From contig OZ218951.1 of assembly GCA_965112735.1 (NCBI GenBank), positions 2,852,001 through 2,916,000 on the forward strand: a DNA stretch of 64,000 nucleotides, in the 5' to 3' direction. Of this stretch, positions 1 to 10,737 are shown piece by piece (the first letter of the stretch is position 1; each line of letters begins with the position of its first letter). This DNA comes from Phaeosaccion multiseriatum. Taxonomy: Eukaryota; Protista; Ochrophyta, other classes. Position numbers and translations under genes: made by a program. The notes beneath the pieces are model-generated. The model saw only the letters and a list, made by a program, of their open reading frames with translations, was not told where the DNA came from and searched no databases.

Positions 1-102
1 CAAGAATTCCCCTCCACTTTCTCCTCCTCCTCCTCCTCCTCCTCCTCCTCCTCCTCCTCCTCCTCCTCCTCCTCCTCCTCTGAGGCTCAAGCTGGGTCGG
101 AG

Positions 103-423
103 ATGATGATGCCACGTCACCACCACCAACAACAACAGCAACAACAGCAACAGCTGGAGCTACAGAGTGACTTGAGCATCGACGTCGCTGGAGGTGTGGC
201 GGCTTCTCTCACCACCCTCTTGTCCATTGAGACCCAAGTTTTTGCAGCAGTGGAGAGTAGCAAGGCCAAGGACGACAAGCGAGGAAGGGCTGTCGTACCC
301 GGCTACGCAGCGGCACACGTTCCGGCATCGAAGGAGAGCGTCGTACGGCAGGCAAAGGAGCGGCTCCAGCACCTGACCAGGGAGGTGCAGGAAGTGCTTG
401 ACATTCTTGGTGTGTCTGCTTGA
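103..423 (+). CDS. 3' terminal coding segment of a gene starting left of the window; unknown product
   Basis: Open frame with polyQ and a helical C-terminus (ERLQHLTREVQEVLDILGVSA*), followed by UTR-like sequence; 5' part not visible. Confidence 0.45.
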   Translation: MMMPRHHHQQQQQQQQQLELQSDLSIDVAGGVAASLTTLLSIETQVFAAVESSKAKDDKRGRAVVPGYAAAHVPASKESVVRQAKERLQHLTREVQEVLDILGVSA

Positions 424-694
424 CATGTAGGATAGGATGGGATGAGGGGGGTGCATGCATGATGCAAGAAAGGAGGGGATGATGGGCAAGGCCACAGAGG
501 GAGAGAGAGAGTGAGAGAGAGACGAGAGGGTTCTGGAGGGAGAGAAGAAAGGGAGAGAGAGAGAGAGAGATCTGCTGGCTCACTCATTGATGGTCAAGGC
601 CAGAGAGAGACACAGACAAGACGGTTTTGGAGGGAGAGAGAAATATCTACGGGCTCACTCATTTTGAGCACTAGCTCGAACAATCTCTTTTTAA

Positions 695-922
695 CGCTCG
701 ATTTGCGTAAGAAAAGAATAAAGAATAATCGCCCAAATCGCACCCGATTTTGGACGAACTCCGCAGAATGACACTGGGAAAGCGCTATCGCTCTTCGTGT
801 AGCCCTTTGAGATGCCTACCGACACATAGTCTCTCGTCTTTCGACACTTCCTTAAGCACTCCCCCTTGCCGCCCGATCCCTTAAAAACGGGCGATTTGGG
901 CGATTCTTACGCAAATCGAGTG
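695..922. mobile_element. MITE-like non-autonomous DNA element with TTAA target duplication (piggyBac-type TSD)
   Basis: TTAA(691-694)|CGCTCGATTTGCGTAAGAA...AATCGCCCAAATCGC at left; GCGATTTGGGCGATTCTTACGCAAATCGAGTG|TTAA(923-926) at right; no transposase ORF. Confidence 0.75.
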
Positions 923-953
923 TTAATTTTTTTAAATAACAACCAGTCCATCA

Positions 954-3668
954 TCAATCGCTACTCTGGTGCAGCTTCAACCTCCGTGCCCCTAACTCAA
1001 ACCACAGCGCGGGCTGCCGCAAGACCGCAAAGGAGAAGGTAAGAACCGTACCAGCGAGCAGCAGCACCACCGGCACCACCACAGACACCAATGCCTTGGC
1101 GCCCGACGAGCCCTTCCAAGCGGGGATGGCGGACAAGAGGAGCAAGAGGAGGGTAAACTGGCCCACGCTTTCCCTCAGCACGGCCCTCGCCTCTGGCCCC
1201 CCTCCTCCTGCTCCTTCTGATCCTCCTTCTTCTGCTCCGCCCCCGACTAGCAGGGCCTCCTCTTGACTTGCGCTTCTCCTTCTCATCAGCATCGTCTCCT
1301 CCTGACTGCTGCTCCTCCTTCTCCCAAAGAAGGAGGAGGGGGCGGCGGCGTGCGAGAGCTTTTGCTGCTGTTGCTGCCGCTGCTGTTGGTGATGGATGGG
1401 ATGGCCGTAGTCTGCCCCGTAGAGGTAGAGCGATCGCAGGTACAGCGTCCACAGGAGCAATACTGTAGAGCAGGTCCACGAGATGACCACAAGCCAAGCG
1501 AGCCGAGGTGTGGCTTGCAAGGGGATGAAGCGCAAGCCCAAACTCCACCCCGCGTAAAAGCTCCACAGCGCAACTTGGCTGTGCACGAAGGAGAACACCC
1601 CACCTCTGACGTGGAAATGATGTCCTCCGATTGCCTCACTACCACCGCCACCGCTACCACCACCATCCAACCGTCCCTCCAAGTCACCTACTGACCTTCC
1701 CTCCCCCCCCCCCCCTCCTCCTCCTGCTCCTCCTGCAGCATCTGCCGCACCATCTAAACCTACCCCCCCACCATTGGGAGACGCAGGCCAAAAGTGCCGC
1801 CGGGTAGGGCTGGATGTGCCCATTGATACGTCGTGGCCAAGCATCAGCTTCGCCACTATTCCGTCATCCTCCCCTCCTCCATAGCCTCCCCCCTCCCCTG
1901 CTACGCCCCCCGCTGCCCCTCCACCCCCTCCTCCTCCTCCTCGGCTCCCAAAGGCCCCTCCTCCCGGTGAAGAGAGAGACCCGCGCCCTCGACTCGGATG
2001 TCCTCCTCCACTTGGAAACCCTCCTCCTCCTGGTGAAGAGAAAGATCCACGAGGCTCGGGGGAGCTGGTGGGTGAGCGGTGGTAATGCGCATCTCGTTTC
2101 TGGCGACGACGCTGTGAGTCTTGTCCAGAGCGAAGGAGGCGAAGTGATGCGACTTTGCCGACCAACATGGCACACCAAAAGTAAAAGTGTCTCGACAATC
2201 GCAGACCCTCCCTCGTCCTCAGCAGCAAGTACACCAATGCAGTGCTCAGTATCCAGGGGAGCATCCACCGAAGAGCGTATGCTGCCACCTCCCATCGCCG
2301 CTCCCTCCCACACACGTCATGGCTGACTGCTTCCCACATGTCCACGTAAGGCAAGAAGGGCGCCGCGTACCACTGCCAAGGCTGCAGACCCGCTAGGTTG
2401 AAGGACACGACCACAGCTTCTCGAGCCTTCCACCACTCGGCAACCATGGTGTTTTGCGACCGCACCATGCCCAGCCCACCATTGAGGATGATGAGGAGCA
2501 GGTCGCCCACGTAGCGAGAAGGAAGACGATGACAAGAGTGGTCGACAGCTGCATTGCTCGTGCCTATCCTTGTCGTTATGCCCCCACCCCCGGCCTCCCT
2601 CTTGTTCTGGTGGGAGAGGGCGAGGTGGGGCTTGAGAGGGTCGAAGAGCGCGCAAGAGGCAAAGTCCAAGAAGAAATTGCTGAGAAAGCCCCCCACTCCT
2701 CCGTCAAAGGAGTAGGAGGAGGAATGCTCCTGCTTCTGCTCCTGCCCCTGCCCCCGCTCCTGTTGTTGCTCCTGCTCCTGCTTTTGCAGGGCAGATATCA
2801 TCTCCTCCAGCAGGGCTTGGTTGGGCTGCACTACAAGGAGGGAAGTCTTCATCAGCTCCGATTGGTGCATGCTCGCACACACCCTTCCCCCACAGGCGAA
2901 GAGCTCGTCAATATTGTCAAGCACGAGCATGTCGCTGTCCAGCACAATGAGCTTCTCGTACTGAGTCAGCCCCCAAGCCTGCAGTTTGCTGTACGATAAT
3001 CGCTGTGCGTCGGTTCGGTGGTGGGGCCCACTACTGCTGCTGCTCCTTTGCACTAATGGTGGCACTGGTGATTGTGATTGGGCAGGCCCAGGGATGGACG
3101 AAAGAAGTTGTTCGTTAACTCAAGCATGAGGACCAGGGGGAGGGGAGAGGGTAGCAACGAGGGGCGTAGGCAGCAACTCAACTAGGAGACAAGATCAACG
3201 AATACATTTACCTTGAATGGCGTCTACCGCTTCGACCTTCAAGCCCTCCTCTTCCAGCAGCCGCCTTGTCTCCTTCCCAACCCCTTCCGTGACCATCACA
3301 ACGACGTCCTTTGCGCTTTGCGTGGCCCGTATGGATGCTCCAAGAGTCCTCACGCCAACCGCTCGGTCGTCGTGCAGCAGAGTGACATAAGCGTAGGGTT
3401 CGGTTGTGTGCGGTACAGCGAGGTGGCGGCCCGCAGGAGCAGCGCGGGACGGACGCCTCTCTCCGCCGTCTTGTCGCGGCGGTGACACCGGCATGCCCTC
3501 CGCCGGGAGTGGTCTTTTGCGGGAGCCACCACTCTCTCTCCCATTTTCTCTTCCGCTGGTCTTGCAGTGGGTGTTTCGCACCTCTGTCGATAACAGGAGA
3601 ACTAGCAGCGCACCTCCATAGCGGCACGTCCTTCGCATACCCGACAATCTGTGTGATTGTTGTCGCAT
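954..3668 (-). CDS. Glycosyltransferase family 8 (glycogenin/PGSIP/IPUT1-like) membrane protein, 2 exons (3668-3212, 3064-954)
   Basis: YAYVTLL...GVRTLGASI and YSKLQAWGLTQYEKLIVLDSDMLVLDNIDELF (DxD); several C-terminal TM segments; phase-1 GT-AG intron keeps frame; start codon uncertain. Confidence 0.8.
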
Positions 3669-3795
3669 GTTTCGACTGAAGTCAACGAAAGTCGGAGACT
3701 TCAATTTAAAATCGACCTAGGACTGTAACGGGCCAGAAACAAAAGAGAAAAAAAGAAAAAGGGACAAAAAGAAGAAGATTTTACAACGCAGCAAC

Positions 3796-6581
3796 ATGCT
3801 GCAAGCCATCGAAGGAGTCGACACCCATGGGATGCACACCGCCTACGATCGCCTGCGCCAGAGGGAGAAGAGGCGCAATTCCGAAGCAGCGACGGAGCGG
3901 GATGAGCACGGCCTGCCCATCATGACCCCTGTGGCGATCCGAGAGGCGGCGATAGAAGACGGCGGGTACGAGACTCCGGAACTGAATGACCGCCTGTACC
4001 TTCACTTCAAGGGCTACCGCAGGGTGGAGAATCTGGAGCCCTATACCGAGATCAAGGCGCTGTGGCTCGGCAGCAACGGCCTCAGCGAAGTGGAGGGCAT
4101 TTCCCACATGAAGAACCTTCGCTGTCTCTACATGCAAAATAACCTCATCACTTCCCTCGCCGATGGGGGCTTGGCGGGCTTGGAGCAGCTGGTGCAGCTT
4201 GACTTGTCCAACAATAGGCTCGTGGATGTGGTGGGGCTGGAGGTGTGTCCCAAGCTTCATACTGTGAACGTGGCCAAGAATGCGCTGAGTACCGGGGCGA
4301 GCATTGCTCACTTTGCCGAGTGCCCTGCGTTGACGAACGTGGACCTTTCCGGGAACAATCTGGAGGGAAATGAGGTGCGTATGGGACTTCCTTGGTCTTG
4401 AACAGGGGGTGAGGAAATGCCCTCCGGGGGAGGATGCCCCCTCCGTGTGTGTTGAGGAAGGGCTTTGGCCGACAAGTGTACCCCCCACCCGTTCTTCTCG
4501 ATAGCTAACAGCTTACTCCCCCCTCTCTCTTTCTTCTCTCCCGGTATAACTTGCAACAGGTGTTTGAAACGCTCAAGACGCTGCCCCTCGTGGCCCTCAC
4601 CATCTCCGGCAACCCCATCGTCACCGCCGCGCCTCACTTCCGCAAGAGGCTCCTCCATGCCCTCCCCTCCCTGCGCTATCTCGACCGGCCTGTCTTCGAG
4701 CAGGAGAGGGTGGGCGTAGCGGCATGGGCAGTCGGAGGGGCGGAGGGCGAGGCCGAAGCGAGGAGAGAGTTTGCCAAGCGTAAGGTGCAGAAGGACAAGG
4801 AATCCCTCAACGAGTTTCGAGAGTGGCAGGCAGAGCAACGCCGCAAGAAGATGGAAGAAATTGAGGAGAGGCGTCGCCAAGGTTTGCCCGACGTACCACC
4901 ACCTACCGAAGAAGAGCTGGCCTTGGAAGCCAAGAGGAAGGCGGAAGCCCATGCGGAGGCCGAGCTCGAAAAGAGGATGATCAATGAGGTTGGCGTGGCG
5001 AAAATAGCGGCTCGCTTCTGGGCCAATGGGAGCGACAAGTCCTCGGGAAGGGCGGTGGAGGATGACCTGATGGCGGCGGCCAAGCAGGAGCTCGACAAGT
5101 TGGATAGGGAGAAGGAGGCGGCAGCGGCGGCGGCCGCTGCGGCGGAGCAGCGGAGAGTCAACGAGGAGGAGGGGGAGGAGGAGGAGGATGGTAATAGTAG
5201 AAGCAGCAGTAGAGCTGCAGAAGAAGGGGTGTTCCCTCCGTCACCGCCTCCTGAGGAGAAGGAGTCGCAGAAGGCGAGTAGGGCCATAGAGGAGAGTGAA
5301 GCGGCCGTAGCAGTAGCAGCAGCAGGCCGCACATTCGCGACAGGACAGGAAGAGGCACCAGGAGGTCGAGAGGATGAGAAGGAAGAGGTAGACGTAGCTG
5401 GCAACGAGGAGAAGACTGAAGCCACAGAGCAGGCGGAGGAGGATGAGGACGAGGAGGCGGAGGAGCATGAGAGCAAGGACGAGGAGGCAGAGGCCGAGCG
5501 TCGCGCCCAAGCCGTTTACGAGTCCCTTCAAATCCACAGAGCGCAGATGGCCGCAGAGCAAGAGCAGAAGCAGCGGTTGGTGATACAGTCGCAGGAGCAG
5601 CAGAAGCAGGTGGAATCCACCAGCCGCCGACTCGCAGCGCCGGAGGGGGAGGGGAAAGAGGGACGGGCTGCGCAGGGGACAAGAGGGCAGGGAGATCGTA
5701 TCTTGGAGGTGAGGAAGGGTGAAGCGGTCGACACGTCGCCGGGGCCTCCTCGTCTGCTGTGGTCGGAGTGGATGGATCACCAACTCGCTAGGCTGGTGCG
5801 AAGCTGCACCTTTGACTTTGAGCAGGTCGCTCAGACGCTGCAGAAGGCAGTGGATGACAATCAGCAGCATAGTGACAGCGCGCCTATCACAACAGAGGCG
5901 TGTAGACTGCGCTGGGCTCAGCTAGATGTGGAGTCTTGGGGGAATGATGACGATGAGGGGGATGAGGATGATGATGAGTCTGACGATGAATCTAACGATG
6001 AGGAGGAAGAAGAGAGTAGTGGGGATGAGGAACGACGGGGGGAGGAGAAGAGGGATCAAGTTGATGGCACGAATGGCATGAATCTGCATCAACCCTCGCC
6101 AGACTACATGCAAAACCTAGTGGCGAGTGCCGGCCTGTCGTTCGAGCAGCTGATGCAAAGGGCGGGGAGCGGCTCGAGTAAGCTGCTCAAGAGGCCCGTG
6201 AATCTCCCCTCTGTCCATGACCTCAACACCCCGAGACCGGGGGCAGGAGGAGGAGGAGGAGGAGGATCGATCGAGGCCGACGGTGGTGCTGCTGCTGGTG
6301 CTGCTGGGTATCGTGGTTACCAAGACCATGATGATGATGACGATGATGATGACGACGACGGCTCTGTGGTGCTCAGTAGAGAGCAGATGAAGGCGATCAT
6401 CGCCAGACAGGCCAACAAGATCACCACCGCCCCGGCCTTTATGTACTCGGGCGCTGCCGTGGCTGCTGCGGCCGGTCCCACACGGAACCAGAGGGTGATG
6501 CAAGCAGGAGCAACAGCACGAGAGGCGGCTGCGCACGTCCCGGAGGAGAAGGACTTCTTTGACGAGGATGAGCTTGATTGA
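3796..6581 (+). CDS. DNAAF1: Leucine-rich-repeat dynein axonemal assembly factor 1-like (ODA7/LRRC50), 2 exons
   Basis: [37 protein letters not shown]22-type LRRs, LRRcap ([24 protein letters not shown]); intron GAG|gtgcgt...caacag|GTG in frame. Confidence 0.8.
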
Positions 6582-6639
6582 TTAAGTAGACGTTTGCTTT
6601 GGCTTTCTTTGGGGAGGGGTTGGGTGGCTGGTGGGTGAG

Positions 6640-6820
6640 TTGGTTGGTTGGTTGGTGGGTGGGTGGGTGGGTGGGTGGGTTGGTTGGTTGGTTGGTTGGT
6701 TGGTTGGTTGGTTGGTTGGTTGGTTGGTTGGTTGGTTGGTTGGTTGGTGGGTTGGTTTGCTGGTTGGTTGGTTGGCTGATTGGTTGGTTGGTGGGTTGGT
6801 TTGTCGGTTGGTTGGTTGGG
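6640..6820. repeat. (GGTT)n/(GGGT)n microsatellite
   Basis: Directly visible tandem tetramers downstream of the DNAAF1-like stop. Confidence 0.9.
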
Positions 6821-7412
6821 GGTGGGCTTGGTGGCTTGTGGGATGGAAGGGGTGCGTGCGTGCGTGCGTGGGGGTGAGTGGGTCGTGAGACGAGTGAAGT
6901 GTACCCGACATCGCAGTGCAGCACCAGCACTACTTCCTTTCTTTTACTGTGTACCCTTGCCTTGCCTTTGTCGCTTGTCTCTTCAGCGGGGCGGAATCCT
7001 AAAGGACTCTTATCACTTCACTCAGGACCTCTTGTGTGTGGCGATCACTGATAAAAGAAGAAAAAATAAGCAGATACAATTGTTGAGCTCCCTCTCAGCA
7101 TGTGTGTGTTTGCGTATCATACATTGTTCGCAGGACTTGTCGATCGGTCCAGCCCCCCTTCCAAAAGGAGGCTTCCTGTCGTCAGTCATCCCGTCCTGTC
7201 ATATACATATATGTGTCTGCTCCTCGTCTTGTGCTGCTCTACTCCTTGCGTGTCATGCCATGAATGTCCGATCTATCGTACTACCAACGCACGTACGTGG
7301 GACAAGGGACAAGGCCCACAAAGGGGCCTACTACTTTTACTCCTCCTCCTCCTACTACTAGTACAACTTCTACTACTACTACCCCCTCTAAAGCGTTGGA
7401 GTGCTGAAGCCC

Positions 7413-7933
7413 TCAACCTTCGACAACGGCATACGTCATAACTCCACCACTGACTCTGACAGCTCGTATGCGCCTTAAATGTCTGCACAGAGGGAGAGAG
7501 AGATGGAAAGAGGTGAAAGATAGAGAGAGAGGCGGAGAGAAGAGAGAGTGAGAGATAGAGAGAGAGAAGAGAGAGAGAGCATGAGGGGGCATACATGTCA
7601 CGAGCTGCGGTATGCCTTTCTTCTTCAAAGTTCGAAGCACTCCCTCCCTCACTTCCTCCCTCCTTCCTGCCATATCTCCCTCTTTCTTGCAGTACCGAAG
7701 GTCAACGAAACAGCTCGAGTAAAGCCCCCCCCCTCATCCAATCTAAGGAGCGGATGATGGTGAGCAGTGGTCTGCCTCTAGTGTATTCTCCGCACCCCAC
7801 CACACCCCACCTGAGAGTGACGAAGAAGGCCTTGGAGGTGGCCCCTCCGATACCCTTGAGGGTCTTGCTTTGCCTCCACTCCAGTTCGGTGAGAAAGCGT
7901 TCACCGGCATGCTCTTTCGTTACCAGCTGGGAG

Positions 7934-7986
<53 letters not shown>

Positions 7987-9665
7987 GGAGGAGGGAAGAG
8001 GAGGAGGAGGAGGAGGAGGAGGAGGAGGAGGAGGAGGAGGAGGAAAGAACACAGGCCAGATACAAACACATGTCAGGGAGCAACACTACAAATAGACGCT
8101 ACTATGTACTTTCTCATGTCTCTTGTCATACGGCTGCTGCTGCTTCCGCAGTACCGCCAACTGTGTCACCCACTACTGCGGCTGTATCGCCAACTGCTGC
8201 TGCTGCTGCCTCACCCTCTTGGCGTTCTCTACGAACTTCTTCTCGTTGTCGTTGAGCGTCCTTCTGGGTCTGGCCTTGCTGAGTGCGAGGAGAGCGTACT
8301 TGTCATCAAGCATCACCTGCACCTCTGACACAATACCGTTCACCTGCACAAGAGGGCAAGTGCATTTATTGCGCAGAAAGGATATGAGAGAGAGTAAGAG
8401 GGGGTTCATAGCGTTGCAATACAGACAGGAGGGAGAAACAGAAAGAGATGAGGAAGAGAGAGAGAGGGAGGTTGACAGAGAGAGCGGGTGCTGCTGGGAG
8501 GGGAAGAAACATGATTCACCACGGAAAACAGTTCTATGGTTGAGAGAGAAGAGGGAAGAGGCCCCACCTCACCTCAACTTACTGGCTGACTCACTCAAAT
8601 CACTCACTCACTCACTCACTCACTCACTCACTCACTCACTCACCCACCCACCCCCCCACCCACCCCCCCACCCACCCATTCCGTCCCCTCCCTCCTGCCC
8701 CCTCCTCCCTCCCTCACTCACCTGTTCAAGCTGCAGCCGCCCTCTTGTAGTCTTTGGGACAGACTCCAGCTCCGCAGCTGTCACCAAATGCAGTACCCCT
8801 CGCCCCGCCTTGTCGGTGCTCGCTGCTGTGTGGTCCATCGTGCTACTTGGTCTCGTCTCCCTCTGTCTCCCCCCTCCTCCTCCCCCCGAAGTAGAAGCAG
8901 AAGCCGAACCCTCGTTGTACTCTGCCGCCTTCCCTCGAACAGGACGAGAGTCTCGACTTCGCGCTCTCGCTCTCTGTGTTGCGGGGGCGGTCGCAGCGGT
9001 AGTAGTAGTAGCAGCAGTAGCAGCGGCGGCTACGGCATTATCCCCAGGCAAATGCTGCGGCAAGGCCTTGTGCATGTAGTCTAGATCATGCTGCTGCTGC
9101 TCCACGAAGGGAACGAGGGCCTTGAGCTGCTGTAGGCTGTTCTGCTCGTCCAACAGTGCCCTTCGGAGACCGTCCATGCGGTGCTCGAGCTGCGTGACTG
9201 CGGGCTGCAGAGAGGCCAGATCCGCGCCCAACCTCCTATTGAGGGAAGTCTCTCGATCCTCTCCGGCCTCTGTGGGTGGTTGGGGTGGCGCGCTTGCTGT
9301 AGCCTCGACCACTGGAAGGAGGCTCAGGAGGCGAGTCAGTTGGCGAGCGTCGGCGTCTGAGGCCACGGAAAACAAAGTGGGACAGGAGTAGCAATGGAGG
9401 AGAGCGAGTGTGATGGGGGCGGAGGAGAACGCAGGCGGTGAGCTGAGGGAGAGGAGGAAGCGGCAAAGGGCAAACATGTGGCTTCGAAATTAGAAGAAGA
9501 AAAAGGGGGTGTGGGGCACTTACCGAGAGATTTGACCATGGCAGCGAAGCTCTCCACAAGAGGGGACGGACCCTCATCCGTGGCCACGACCTCGCTTCCT
9601 CCTCTTCTTGCGGCGTCTGCTGTTGGTACATCGCCGCCTTGGTAGCCCCCACTCCCGGTCATCAT
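7413..9665 (-). CDS. SKA1: Spindle and kinetochore-associated protein 1-like, 5 exons
   Basis: N-terminal coiled coil; VTAAELESVPKTTRGRLQLEQ|VNGIV...KYALL; FLTELE; C-terminal TLRHLRRIRAVRVSGGVMTYAVVEG*, resembling the SKA1 microtubule-binding domain; GT-AG junctions in frame. Confidence 0.7.
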
Positions 9666-9765
9666 GGTTTTGTAGGGTCGATCAAATGCCCCAATGTTCG
9701 CGTGTTGATGCTCGCCCTCACAAATCACAAATGGGATATCCAAATGGAGTCTCACAGCACACAAA

Positions 9766-10694
9766 ATGGGGAAGAGAGGGGGTATATCACCCGGGACAAG
9801 AGCTGGGTCGTCCACGGTATTCAGTCTTTTACTCGTAGCGACCCTCTCAGCTCTTGGGGCGAGGGCTTTTGTGGCCCCGACCCCCTCTTTCCAAGCTTCG
9901 CCCTCATCACGAACAGGGGCCTCAGCGTCAGCATCCTCTACCTCTGCGCTATCCTCGAGCGCGGCTTCCGCTTCTTCTCCGGCTGTAGAAGCTGCTACGT
10001 CTAGTGCTCCTCTTCTCTCAGAGCTCGCTGAGGAGGACGCACAAGCGCTGCTCTCCAAGCTAAGGGGCGTCGCCAGCGACATCGATGGTACCCTCACGGG
10101 CAGCGATAGACGAATCCCGCCAGGGGTTCTGCAGGCTATAACTGATGTATTAGATAGGTGAGGGTCCTAACAGCTATGTAGCATTCTCCCACCTTTGGCA
10201 AAACTGACTTTCATACCCTCCTCCCCCACTCTCTCTCTTTCTCCCTCTCTATGCAGCGGAGTGTTCTTCTTCCCGGCCACGGGCAAGAGCCGCGCGGCCT
10301 TTCGGGGGTCCTTGGAGGGCCACCCTCTGGACGCGAGGATCAAAGCCGGGGTCTTCCTCAACGGCATGATCTCGTACGGCCCGGACGGGTCAGTGGAGTT
10401 GTAGCAGAGACCTTTCACCCGGTAGAGAGTAGTAGCTCAATACATTGGTAGAGCAGTGGCTCTGGTAGAGTAGGCAGGTGTGTGTACTCATTTCAGTAGT
10501 AGCTCTTTGTGTAGCAGAGAAGTATTGCTGCCCTGTGTCAGCCCAGATGGCAGTCTACGCTCTCGCTGCTCAAGAGTCGAGCCATCTGCTTAAGTTCTTT
10601 TGCTGATGGACAAATCGTTTAAGTCCTACCACGGACGCTGTGATTGTCCTCCCCATCGGTAATCCCCCCCTCTCATTCCTCCTGACACGTATGC

Positions 10695-10737
<43 letters not shown>

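Noticed and set aside
6439-6930. ORFs such as poly(TNQP) or poly(LVGW), and the many antisense or alternate-frame ORFs in the track
   Set aside because: Translations of microsatellites or GC-rich shadows of the real genes
10428-10475. tRNA-like A-box (TAGCTCAA...TGGTAGAGC) in a HAD intron
   Set aside because: No T-loop/B-box (GTTCGA) or acceptor stem, so not callable as a tRNA or SINE
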